From: Minutocellus sp. GHC0000111
Taxonomy: Eukaryota
Assembly: GCA_977018835.1 (NCBI GenBank)
Contig: OZ361258.1
Span: 3,472,001-3,536,000, forward strand
Direction: 5' to 3'
DNA: 64,000 nt
Position numbers and translations under genes: made by a program. The notes beneath the pieces are model-generated. The model worked only from the letters and a program-made list of their open reading frames with translations, was not told the origin of the DNA and ran no database searches. Positions 1-10,104 of the stretch are shown here, piece after piece. Each line of letters opens with the position of its first letter. The first letter of the stretch is position 1.

Positions 1-810
1 CCGTTGTTCGAGCCCATGGGTGCTTCGATTTATTTAAGACTGGCTGATTAGAAAGACGTGAGAAATGGGTTGTTTCTGAATGATGCTGCGAGCCTGCCGG
101 CCATACAAATTGCCATAGTGACAAGGAAATGTGACGTCACATAGAAGGAACCCTTTTCTCACGTCTTTCTATTCAGCCAGTCATATTTCTGCATGTGGGA
201 GGCGGTGTTGTGAGTGATGCCAGTCTTATGGTCGCACTCAAAATGATGCGAGTAAAAAAACACATAAAAGGATGGCAGGCACAACAGATGAAACGGAAGT
301 ATGTTACAGTAGTTGTAGATGTGCATGTAGATTCCCTAACGTAGTAGAAGTCACATATCAACAGAGAGGCAGGCACCTCGTTGTACGGTTCATGTTCGAG
401 TCCGCTTCGCATTCAAGAGGATAGAGCGATTCATTCACCAGTTGAAACCGTCAAACCGTCGCAGCCAGCGCTGCTGTAGGCGCGCCAGGCACTTGGCTGC
501 CCACGCTAGCTAGTAGATTGATTTGAGACGTCGGCTCCATCGCCTCGACGATGACCGACGATTCAAAGACATGCTTGATGTCGGTAGCATGAATAATATG
601 CGCTGCGTTTCGTCTTTGCATCTCCGGCAATTGGCAAAATGTCAGAGAACAGCACACCGTCACCGCCAACACTAGTTCTGGTGTGCCCGCCACCAGCAGC
701 CACCGGCAGGCAAAGGCATCTCATGGCGAGATGGAATGAGGCAGGTTGCAGTTCAAGATTCTTCGCTCATGAGGTTGGATGGCTAGCAAACCTCGCCGTC
801 GGCGAAGGCG

Positions 811-1923
811 ATGACGGAGCCGGCGACTGCCGGTCATGGTGTATCGTTTCGTCGTCGTCAGCAGTCGTCGTCACTCGTCGCTGCTACTACCGCCCCTCAG
901 ATACCAGCAGTCAGATTCGCATGCACATGCGTTCGTCTCTCCTCCTCGTCGTTGCCGTTGCCACTATTTCCCTCTCCTCAATCGCCTTTGCCAGAGCCTG
1001 GTCCCTCGGCTTCGTCAACTGCTCGACGACTGGCATTCCTCGGCTCAGCCCGACGTGCTGCTTTCTGGTTGGGCCGCAGCCAAAGCACCATCACCGCTAG
1101 CACCAATACCAGCAGCACCAGCATGTCAAGTGCTCAAGACGATCGGATACTGGACTCCCCGTCCGCCCAGCGGAACAAGGATCCCATCCTATCGATTCTC
1201 AAAGCGCAAGTGGTACCGCTTCTTCGCGACGGTGACGCATCAAGTACTCAAAAGACATCCCTGACGGTCCTCGAGGTGGCGGCCGGATGTGGCGTCCACA
1301 CTTTGCACTTTGCCCGGGGCCTCGTAACCGCGGCAACATCAGCAGATGAAGATGGTGAGGGGAATAAAGTGGAAGCATGCACGTGGTATCCCACCGATCC
1401 CAGCGCCACCAGCCGAGAGTCCATCGATGCGCGCGTGGCCGCTGCGTTGGCCGCCGATGATGACGATGACGAGGAGTCATCCCTGCCCCCCACGGTGACC
1501 ATTCGACCGGCCCAATCCCTCACGCTGGACGCCGACGGCATCATCGAGGGTCGCAACATCGACGGTGGAACATCCTCCCTGCCCAACCCCACAGCGGACA
1601 TTGGTCCCAGCTCCCTCGATCTCATCACCAACATCAACATGATCCACATATCGCCGTGGACAGCCACGCTGGGTCTGATGAAGACATCCTCGGAATTGCT
1701 CCGACCTGGCGGGATACTGTACTGCTACGGACCCTACAAGGTCAACGGCACGGCGGTGGAGTCCAACCTGAACTTTGACCAATCGCTCCAGTCTCGAGAT
1801 GCCTCGTGGGGTGTGAGGGATTTGGAGGAGGTCATCAAGGAAGCCGAGAGGAGGGGGTTGAGGCACGTCCAGACGGTGGAGATGCCGGCCAACAACCTGA
1901 GCGTCATTTACCAGAAGCTGTAA
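811..1923 (+). CDS. DUF938 / METTL26-like SAM-dependent methyltransferase (true start may be M at 1123)
   Basis: Motifs SPSAQRNKDPILSIL, VLEVAAGCGVH, WYPTD, INMIHISPW, YGPYKVNG, SNLNFDQSLQSRDASWGVRD, EMPANNL are typical of DUF938. Confidence 0.88.
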   Translation: MTEPATAGHGVSFRRRQQSSSLVAATTAPQIPAVRFACTCVRLSSSSLPLPLFPSPQSPLPEPGPSASSTARRLAFLGSARRAAFWLGRSQSTITASTNTSSTSMSSAQDDRILDSPSAQRNKDPILSILKAQVVPLLRDGDASSTQKTSLTVLEVAAGCGVHTLHFARGLVTAATSADEDGEGNKVEACTWYPTDPSATSRESIDARVAAALAADDDDDEESSLPPTVTIRPAQSLTLDADGIIEGRNIDGGTSSLPNPTADIGPSSLDLITNINMIHISPWTATLGLMKTSSELLRPGGILYCYGPYKVNGTAVESNLNFDQSLQSRDASWGVRDLEEVIKEAERRGLRHVQTVEMPANNLSVIYQKL

Positions 1924-2208
1924 AGAAATTGCGCATGCGCTACATGTAGATTATCCAAACGTTGAATGTGAGTAGTGCTATTGGTTTTGCTACCGTATTG
2001 GTCTTGATGCGAGTATCTTACAGTATTTGTTCGGTGCGTTTTTTCTCTCCGTGTACTCGCTTTAACTTTGCACACATTCATAAACTCATTCTTTTTTTCA
2101 TTTTCACTGCCAAACATTGCGATACGATTGCTTCGGCCCCCACCGCCACCCCCCAATTCTACCAGTATCCCATATCAAACTACCATCGTCTCCAAAACTG
2201 TCGTCTTC

Positions 2209-3342
2209 TCAAAAGCCAGGAGGACGAGGACCGCGTCCATTGCGACCGATACGAGGAGGAGTGAAGGGACCACCATTTCCAGCACTGCCGGACCAGGTGG
2301 ACAGGCTTCCCTCAATCGAATCCGTCTGGAGAGTTGGCGTGGGAGCCGAGGCCGGCGTGGGGACCGTGGGGACCGTCTTGGGATGAGGACGCCAGAGGCC
2401 GTAGTCATTGGGGCCAGGAGCGGTGGTAGTGCCGGTGGCCGTGTTGGACTCGCGAAGGGAACGAAGCTGGTTCTGGCTCTGGCTCTGGCCATGGTGCTGG
2501 TGAGGGGCCGTCGGGATGTGGCCGGTCACGGCAGCTGCGAGGCTCGTGGGGTTGCTGAATCTGACCCTGCCGTAGGAGGGCCGGCCCGAACCGGCGTCAC
2601 CAATCGACTGCCTCATGCTGGAACCGACGACGGTGCCATAGCTGCTGAACTTGGCCACCAGATCATCGATGGAGATGTTGTTGGGAAGGTCCTCGACGAG
2701 CAGCTCGAACGGGGGACCACCGGCGCCTCCGCCGATGGACACGCGCATCTTGTGCCAGGCTGGGGGGACAGGAGCGTACGATGAAAGGGGAGGAGGAGGA
2801 GGCATCTGGGTCCGAGCATGATGGGGCGGCATGGAGATGGAGGGCTGGAATCCACCGTACGGAGCAGGGGGCGGCATGCCGATACCGGGGTGGTTGCTGG
2901 GGTGATTGTGGTGGTGGTGGAGGTGATAGGGAGGAATGAACGAACCATCCCCACCTCCATAGGGCCCAAAACCGCCGCCGCCACCACCGTACACTGACAT
3001 CTGGCGCCTCTCCTCGGCCTTCTTGATCTGACGCTCTCGGTCGTGAACGGCGATATGAACGCCCGGTCTGCCCATCATGGTGACGGTATTGTTCTCGGCC
3101 TCGGCCAGATCGGCAACGGACAGCGCACCCACCTCGTCCTGCATCGTAATGAAGCCAAAGCCGCGGCTGCTTCCCGTGATGCGATCGACTATCAGGCGGA
3201 CTTGCTCTACCTTGCCATACGTGGAAAAGAAGGAGTAGAGATCAGACTCGCCGATGTCGTATCCCAGATTCGCCACAAAGAACTTCCTCTCTACGCTCTC
3301 TGCGGGAGAATCCTCACGGACGAGGGCTGGCTCAGTGTTCAT
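2209..3342 (-). CDS. RNA-binding protein with two RRM domains and a Pro/His/Gly-rich linker
   Basis: RNP2 FFVANL and RNP1 RGFGFITM; second RRM LLVEDLP...YGRVRF. Confidence 0.85.
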   Translation of the reverse strand: MNTEPALVREDSPAESVERKFFVANLGYDIGESDLYSFFSTYGKVEQVRLIVDRITGSSRGFGFITMQDEVGALSVADLAEAENNTVTMMGRPGVHIAVHDRERQIKKAEERRQMSVYGGGGGGFGPYGGGDGSFIPPYHLHHHHNHPSNHPGIGMPPPAPYGGFQPSISMPPHHARTQMPPPPPLSSYAPVPPAWHKMRVSIGGGAGGPPFELLVEDLPNNISIDDLVAKFSSYGTVVGSSMRQSIGDAGSGRPSYGRVRFSNPTSLAAAVTGHIPTAPHQHHGQSQSQNQLRSLRESNTATGTTTAPGPNDYGLWRPHPKTVPTVPTPASAPTPTLQTDSIEGSLSTWSGSAGNGGPFTPPRIGRNGRGPRPPGF

Positions 3343-3850
3343 GGCTGTTGGTGGTGAGTGAAATACGATCGTTGGAGGTGTGTGGAGCTGCTTTGCAGGA
3401 TTTCAGTTTGAAATAAATGATCATCAGAGTTTGAAAATGTCTGCATTTTTCCAGAAGATTGAGAAGATAGAATTGAAGATGGGCACGTGTACGTGATCCT
3501 CGCTGTTCATAAACATAGATCTTGCTCTCTGTTCTAACTACTTGTAAGAACGGCATTGGTGGCACCGCTTCTTCCAGCAATCAGAAGCCAAGCCAAGCCT
3601 GAGCGAGAGGTGAGCGCGCGAGCGGCTCAAAGAACCCGGAGACTGACGAAACCTGAGCTCTCATTTTCATTCGCCGGTAATGCGTACGAGCTCGTATGCG
3701 TATCGCCCGGCCTCGAACAGTTACTGTCAAAGAGCAACAAGAAGCGACCGCCAGCCACACATTATTGCCCATTAGAGAAGCACATTAGTATCTTTACCAT
3801 CCGCCCTGACCTCTACGACCATTCGATCACCAGCTAATCCGTCACCAGAC

Positions 3851-5584
3851 ATGGCACAAACTTCCGGCCGCGTGCAGAGGCCCAGGGGCAACGCATGTCG
3901 TCGAAGGAGGATACGGCGGTCAGCGTGTTCGCTCGTCACCGCTATGCTTGCCCTGTCACCCTCAAGATCATGCGAGGCTGCTCAATATCCACAGGTTTGT
4001 GCATTTCAGAGCAGCTCGTGTTCGAACAGCAGATCATCATCGCCGGCCGAGATTTTGCGGCATCACCAAACTACAGATAATAATAACCTGATGATGCGGA
4101 TGCCGTCGGTTCCGCAGCTTTCTTCTACCGCCGCCGAACGACGACAAGCGGCACGGTCAGCAATGCGTATGTCCAAGAAGGACAAAAGTGCAGACGGCGA
4201 GAATTCATCCGATGATGATGACGAAAACAAGGGCAAGAGAGGATGGTTCGGCTTGGGTGGGAGCAAGGAGGACGACTCAAAGGATGAGCAAGGCGAGAAT
4301 GACGGCGACAACGCCAAGTCGTCCCAGCGCAAGCGAGGGTTCTTCCGACGAGGTGAGAAAGACGAAGATGATTCAAACGATGACACCAAGTCTTCCAACG
4401 CTAAGAAGCGAAGGCGCAGCGTTAAGAAGAAGGCGTCGGGAGGTGGCCAAGATGAGGTTGATGACCAAGACTCGGAAAATTCGGGAGGCTTCTTTCGACG
4501 GATATTGCGATCACGGGGATCTGATGAAGACGGTGACACTGATGGCAAGAAAAACAATAAGAAGAACGAGGAAGACAGCAAGAAGAAGCTCAGCCTGCCA
4601 TCCGTCGACATCAATGCCTTCGTCGGACCACGGATGCCCGACCTGGGTTCCGAGCTCGATGTGCAGGCCGAGCTCGGTCTGTCGCCCGAGGAGGTTGGGC
4701 GCAAGGAGAAGGCACGGATGGCGATGGAGCTGGCCAAGGTGAAGAGGTTGGAGGCCGAAGAGCGGCGGCAGGCCAAGATCAAGGCCGCCGCCGAACGGGC
4801 GGAGAAGCTGGCGGATAAACGAAGGTTGGCGGAACAGAAGAAGCAGGAGATATTGGCACGCCAAAAGGCAGTCAGGGAGGCGGCCAAGACCAAGCCGTCA
4901 CCGGCAACCAAGAAGGCCCAGAAGGATGCACCAGAATTAGAGGAGAGCGAAGAGAGGAGTAGCCGCTGGCCCAGCTTACCCTTTGGAGGTGGCAATAAAG
5001 AGAAGGACAAATCATCCGACGAAGACAATACGTCCAAGTCCAAGGCCGACAAGAAGGTTGGTGAAGGCGGCGGTGGCATCGGCAGTGTCTTCAGTGGCAT
5101 GTCGGGTATCTTCGGGGGCGGTGGGAGCGAGAAGGAACAACCAGGCGAATGGATCGTCGTTTGTCCCAAAACTCGCATCGCCCCTGGAATCATCGTCCCC
5201 GTCGTGGTCGGTGGATTGGATCTTCTCATCGTGGTGTCGAAGGATGGCAAGCGTCTGGCTTGCATCTCCAACTCCTGTCCCCATCTTGGCACTCCGCTGG
5301 AGACGGGAATCATCGAGCGCCGACCTGTGGCGGGAGCTGCCGCCCAAAAGCCCGATGTGGCCGACGACGGCTGCGAGGACTGCATCGTCTGCCCGACGCA
5401 CAATACGGCCTTCGCGCTTGCCAGCGGTGAAGTCCGAGGAGAGTGGTGCCCCTACCCTCCGGTCATTGGAAGCATGATGGGAGCCGTCAAGACGCAGCAG
5501 AATCTACCGACGTTTGAGATTCGTGCCCGGGGTAAGAACATTGAGGTTCGATTGGCAAGTAGCTTAGATGATAACAAGGATTAA
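3851..5584 (+). CDS. Rieske [2Fe-2S] domain protein with long charged N-terminal extension, probably plastid-targeted
   Basis: CPHLG and CPTHNTAF Rieske boxes at the C-terminus; hydrophobic N-terminal segment followed by 'CAF' and a Ser/Arg-rich transit-like region. Confidence 0.8.
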   Translation: MAQTSGRVQRPRGNACRRRRIRRSACSLVTAMLALSPSRSCEAAQYPQVCAFQSSSCSNSRSSSPAEILRHHQTTDNNNLMMRMPSVPQLSSTAAERRQAARSAMRMSKKDKSADGENSSDDDDENKGKRGWFGLGGSKEDDSKDEQGENDGDNAKSSQRKRGFFRRGEKDEDDSNDDTKSSNAKKRRRSVKKKASGGGQDEVDDQDSENSGGFFRRILRSRGSDEDGDTDGKKNNKKNEEDSKKKLSLPSVDINAFVGPRMPDLGSELDVQAELGLSPEEVGRKEKARMAMELAKVKRLEAEERRQAKIKAAAERAEKLADKRRLAEQKKQEILARQKAVREAAKTKPSPATKKAQKDAPELEESEERSSRWPSLPFGGGNKEKDKSSDEDNTSKSKADKKVGEGGGGIGSVFSGMSGIFGGGGSEKEQPGEWIVVCPKTRIAPGIIVPVVVGGLDLLIVVSKDGKRLACISNSCPHLGTPLETGIIERRPVAGAAAQKPDVADDGCEDCIVCPTHNTAFALASGEVRGEWCPYPPVIGSMMGAVKTQQNLPTFEIRARGKNIEVRLASSLDDNKD

Positions 5585-5846
5585 GATATCGAAGCTATAT
5601 AATGTGCAATCGTTACCCCACAAATATTTTAATATATATATTCTCGACGCCAAAATAATAGTGGCCAAGAGGCTGGTATTTGCCGGGTGGTAAAGATAGC
5701 GGCGAACTTCGGGGCTTTCCTCTTGGACGGCATGGTGATGGCTTCTTTGCTTGACGAAGTGCGAAAAAGAGCTCAGTCATTATTAAACCGAATTTATGTA
5801 CTCTGGCTCGCCCGTTCCCGGCGTGAAAATCGGATGAGTGCTCGCT

Positions 5847-7298
5847 TTATTCCCTCACGGCACCTTCAATGGCATCGATGGTATACCCAGGCTCTCTACC
5901 AGACAAATTCTTGTCGATGTAAAGAAACACCGTCAATATCCACCTCGTCCCACTGGTCACTGGGTAGCCACCGTGAACGAGGCCGCCCACAAAGCTAAGT
6001 ACTGTGCCGGCATCGCCGTTCAGCAAATCACCTGTACTGGCAATGAACAACCCTCCTCCGTCGTAGTCGCTCATATCGTTCAGAGCAATCGTCAAGGACA
6101 CGAGCGATTCATCTTCGTGTGGTTTGAGAGATGCAAAGCCAGGCCCATTGTCGCCGTCGCTGTTTTGAATACTGCCTTGGCCTTCCTCCTTCCCATCGTA
6201 CCGCACAACGAAGCAATCCTGTATCCGCAAATTGTTTGCCGAGAGACCAAGCTCGGACGGCAACGCCGATGCAACGAGGGGAAGCAACACACTGTGAAAT
6301 CCACGACGGACCCACCGTACCGCCGACGGATCTAATTCAAAGGCCGGTATGTCGCAGGTCGGTGCATGGACGTGCCGGTCGGTCGTCCACCCGCCCCGTT
6401 TGGCGGCTGCATCCTTGGCCGATTGGATGAGGAAGCTGCATGCCTCCTTCGTTAATATGGGCTGCTTGCTGGCGCTGATGATGCGGGTGAGGGACGGGGT
6501 GACTTCAGTTTGGCCCGAGAATTGCACAATGTTGGCCGGGACGCTGTCGGGTGGCACATCCAAGACGAGGAACAAGCCGTCATCACTAGCAGGTATAATC
6601 ATGTCGTCAGGCACGTTGATTGGTGCAGCTTTGTCATCTTTGTCGGTGCTATCGCTGGTACCTAGATCTGCATCGTTACCATCACCATGAAAGGCATCGT
6701 GCACTCGACAGTGATGTCTCAACCCCTCATCCGACGGACATCGTTTCGATCCGTATCGAAATATTCGAGCTGCTTCGGCATACTCCCCGGCATCCAATCG
6801 TAGCTTTCCCAGACGCTTCCACAGTCGAGCCTCCTCTTCGTCGTCTTTATTTTTGCCCTTGCTGATACCTGCATTGTCTCCATCGACATCTTGCTCGCCT
6901 TGTTCGACATGCTTTTTGGACAGGAGGAGTTTCACCAGCGAATCGATGACCTCGTCTGCCGACGCATTGGAAAAGTTGGATGCGTTTGTATTGCCGTAAG
7001 AAGATCCGTGCCGATGGTTGATGCGATAGTTGGACCTGCCAAGAAACGTCGTCGTTGAAGTAGTACCGGCAGTGGAAGTGGCAGTGGCAGTGGCAGTGGC
7101 GGGCGGCAGTGACGCATGTGCTCTTATCTTGCTGGTGCCGCCTCTGCCTCTTCTGGTCAAAGTTGGGCGGATACGGTCGTTCCGAGGCGACAGAGGAGAA
7201 CAAGCTGCGCCACCTACCCAAGCGAGAGCGGCTGCAAGTCCGATCAGGGCAAGGGGTGGTGGTAGCGGTAGCATCAGGCTTCGGCGGTGACTCGTCAT
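5847..7298 (-). CDS. Signal-peptide protein with TPR and prolyl-4-hydroxylase-like 2OG-Fe(II) oxygenase domains
   Basis: TPR-like WKRLGKLRLDAGEYAEAARIF; DCFVVRY; HxD motif (PHEDES); SLTIALND..DYDGGG; LVHGGYPVTSGTRWIL. Confidence 0.82.
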   Translation of the reverse strand: MTSHRRSLMLPLPPPLALIGLAAALAWVGGAACSPLSPRNDRIRPTLTRRGRGGTSKIRAHASLPPATATATATSTAGTTSTTTFLGRSNYRINHRHGSSYGNTNASNFSNASADEVIDSLVKLLLSKKHVEQGEQDVDGDNAGISKGKNKDDEEEARLWKRLGKLRLDAGEYAEAARIFRYGSKRCPSDEGLRHHCRVHDAFHGDGNDADLGTSDSTDKDDKAAPINVPDDMIIPASDDGLFLVLDVPPDSVPANIVQFSGQTEVTPSLTRIISASKQPILTKEACSFLIQSAKDAAAKRGGWTTDRHVHAPTCDIPAFELDPSAVRWVRRGFHSVLLPLVASALPSELGLSANNLRIQDCFVVRYDGKEEGQGSIQNSDGDNGPGFASLKPHEDESLVSLTIALNDMSDYDGGGLFIASTGDLLNGDAGTVLSFVGGLVHGGYPVTSGTRWILTVFLYIDKNLSGREPGYTIDAIEGAVRE

Positions 7299-7684
7299 GG
7301 CTGAGAACGATGATGAGAAATGAGCCCAAGCCAGAAAACTTCGCCGTCGGTGAAGTGACTATGAGTACTCCTCTAACTAATTTTAGTTGAGTATATTCCC
7401 AAAAGTGTAGATTGAGGAGTATACAAGACAAAGAAAGCGTCTTTCTGTCGCCCGAAAAAAGATCTCGATCGCTCGCGCTGTCGCCCAGCAAGAGAATAGA
7501 AGAACGGCGAGGCCATGACATGAAAAGCGGCCAGTGCTCGGACGCAAAGTAGCAGCGGCATCCTCCAGCAAGCATACGAGTAGTAACCCTCCTGGCCTGA
7601 GCAAAGACGTGCGGTGGGCATATCATTCTTGGCATTTGCAAGTTTTCCAGCACAAAAAGCCACACAAGTCAACAGGCACAAGCC

Positions 7685-9862
7685 ATGTCCCAGAGGAAGA
7701 GGAGGCACCAGACTGCCGCCGACGGCGACGAGGAGGAGACGGTCGACGATCTGGCCGTCGCTGCCTCGTTCGCCATGGCTGGACTGGTCGGTATGGCCGG
7801 AGACGGTGGCAATGCTAATCAGGAGGAGGAAGATACGTCGAGCGATGACGATGACGAAGAGTCGTCGGAAGACGACGACGACGAGGAGGAGCCTTCCGAA
7901 GACGAGAAGGCTGGGGGCAAAGATGCCGATAATAATACTTATGCCAATGATGAGGAGAAGACAACGGAGGAATCGCCTGCCAAGGACAACAACGTCAACG
8001 GCGTCAACGCCAACGACAATGCCAAAGAAGATTCCGACTCCGACGACGAATCCGACGTCGACCTAAGCGAGGCCCTGGCCAGAATGGTCGGCGAATCCGG
8101 CGACGAGGCCGGTGCCTCGGACGACGAGGGTGCCGACGGCGGAGGCAGACGACGGGGAGCCAGAGGATCGGGACGGCGCGGCAAGCCAAAGGCCGAGTCG
8201 TCGACGGCACCCCTCCGAACCGAGAATGAGATCGACCCGTACGCCTGCCCCGTGTCGGTGCTGGAGGAGAAGCTGGCGATTGATCTGCGCGTGGATACTA
8301 CTTCTAGTAGTGCTGCAGGGCAGGCCTATGGTGCAAAGGCCGATACTACCGCACCGAACAAGGCCACGGGTGGCGGTGCCAACGATCTGCAGCTATGTCC
8401 CGCCGGCAGGGTCAAGAACCATCTCGTCAAGGAACGGACCATCGTCGTGGAGAGCGGCCTGGGCATGGTCACCTTTGCGTCCGGTCCGCTCGACGAGGGC
8501 AGTCTGCTAGTCGTTCGGGCCGGTACTTCTACTACTAGTAGTAGCAGTAGCAGCGGTGCCGAGGCTCCAGAGGCCGGTGCAGCCATCGTCCCCCTGGGCA
8601 GGGTGTTCGAGGTCTTTGGACCGGTCAAGCAGCCGCTGTACACCATCCGGTTGCTATCGCCCAAGGATTTGGTGAGGAAGGCACCGCCGAAGCCACAGCC
8701 GACCGAAACTGCCGGGTCGACGTCGGCGGAAGCGGAAGCGGGTGACGATACCAAGAAGGGCGATGCTGACGCTGACGACAATGCCATCGATTTGGATGAA
8801 GACGGCGAAGAAGAGCAAGAGGAAGAGAAAATGGCGAATGGCGACGAGGCCAAAGGAGCCGATGCTACGGCTATTCCCCAAGAGGAGGCGAAGAAGGACG
8901 AAGACAAGGACGAGGTCAAGGACAAGGGCAAGGAGGAAGAAGCCGACCCGTGGGCAGAAGATGGGCAGCACACCAAGCTCCTTCGGGATCAACCCAATAT
9001 TGAGGTGTATTTCGTCCGGGATGAGGCCAAGCTCATCGACACCAACAACGTCATCAAGCTCAGTGGAAGGGGCTGCGATGCGTCCAATCTCTACGACGAG
9101 GAGCTCAATGCCAACGAAATCGATTTCAGCGACGACGAAGAGGAGAGGATGGCGAAGCGCAAGGCCAAGGACCGGAGGAATGCCAAGCGAATCGACGGTC
9201 AGCAGCAGCGCGGTGGCCCTGGTGGACGAGGGGGTCGCGGTACTGGTGGCCGAGGAGGCCGGGGACGGAACAATGGAAGAGGAAGGGGAGGCTGGGGTTG
9301 TCACTCCAACTTCCATCACCATCAGTACCAGCAGCCTCCGCCAGTGGCAATGACAATGGCACCGACACAGCCGCAGATGATGGGTGCCCCGCCCATGCCG
9401 TATGGTAACCAGTATCCTCAGTACGGCGCACAGCACCCTCAGCAGCAGATGCCGTACATGCAACAAGGACAGCCGCCGATGCCGATGCATCCCCAAGGCT
9501 TCCAGCAGATGCCGTACCCTCAGTATCAGCAGAACCTGCCCAACATGGCCCCTCCGCCGCCCCAACACCAGCCATATGCAGGTGCTGGTGGATATGTTGT
9601 CCAGGCACCACAGCAGTATGGTACCGGTATGCCCGGCGGCGTTCCACCTCCACCACCTCCTCCCCAGGGGGCATACCAGGTCCAGCCTCCCAACTACCCC
9701 GGCTACCCCTCACAGCAACTCCAAATGCAGGGGCAGCAGCAGATGCCGCCCTACCCGGTGCCGCATAGCCAGGGCCAGGGCCAGGTGGCCCAAATGCAGC
9801 AACAGCAACAGCAACAGCAGCAGGAGGGCGGTGACACGGTCTATTATGACTATGGGAACTAG
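7685..9862 (+). CDS. NAF1: H/ACA RNP assembly factor Naf1 (Gar1/Naf1 domain)
   Basis: PLRTENE, PLDEGSLL, LGRVFEVFGPVKQPLYTIR, GCDASNLYDEE...DFSDDEEER; RGG tract and Gln/Pro-rich tail. Confidence 0.85.
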   Translation: MSQRKRRHQTAADGDEEETVDDLAVAASFAMAGLVGMAGDGGNANQEEEDTSSDDDDEESSEDDDDEEEPSEDEKAGGKDADNNTYANDEEKTTEESPAKDNNVNGVNANDNAKEDSDSDDESDVDLSEALARMVGESGDEAGASDDEGADGGGRRRGARGSGRRGKPKAESSTAPLRTENEIDPYACPVSVLEEKLAIDLRVDTTSSSAAGQAYGAKADTTAPNKATGGGANDLQLCPAGRVKNHLVKERTIVVESGLGMVTFASGPLDEGSLLVVRAGTSTTSSSSSSGAEAPEAGAAIVPLGRVFEVFGPVKQPLYTIRLLSPKDLVRKAPPKPQPTETAGSTSAEAEAGDDTKKGDADADDNAIDLDEDGEEEQEEEKMANGDEAKGADATAIPQEEAKKDEDKDEVKDKGKEEEADPWAEDGQHTKLLRDQPNIEVYFVRDEAKLIDTNNVIKLSGRGCDASNLYDEELNANEIDFSDDEEERMAKRKAKDRRNAKRIDGQQQRGGPGGRGGRGTGGRGGRGRNNGRGRGGWGCHSNFHHHQYQQPPPVAMTMAPTQPQMMGAPPMPYGNQYPQYGAQHPQQQMPYMQQGQPPMPMHPQGFQQMPYPQYQQNLPNMAPPPPQHQPYAGAGGYVVQAPQQYGTGMPGGVPPPPPPPQGAYQVQPPNYPGYPSQQLQMQGQQQMPPYPVPHSQGQGQVAQMQQQQQQQQQEGGDTVYYDYGN

Positions 9863-10104
9863 CTAGAACACGAAATCCAGCCTCTCATCACAAAAACAAA
9901 TACAGTTACAAACAAAAAGGGGTGCAGTCATATTTTGTTCAGGCTCTATTATTAAACTAAAACAGAGCGGAACAAACCAACATGTGTTGGTGTGTGTGTG
10001 TGTGTGTTCATCACTGCCTTTATATTGGTGGTGGATTCCATGAAGCCCCGCGCTTCGCCACACACCATTTGATGGCATTATTGATACAAAACCCTCAATG
10101 GTAC

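Noticed and set aside
9981..10007. (TG)n tract between NAF1 and CBP
   Set aside because: An ordinary short microsatellite in a convergent 3' intergenic region.
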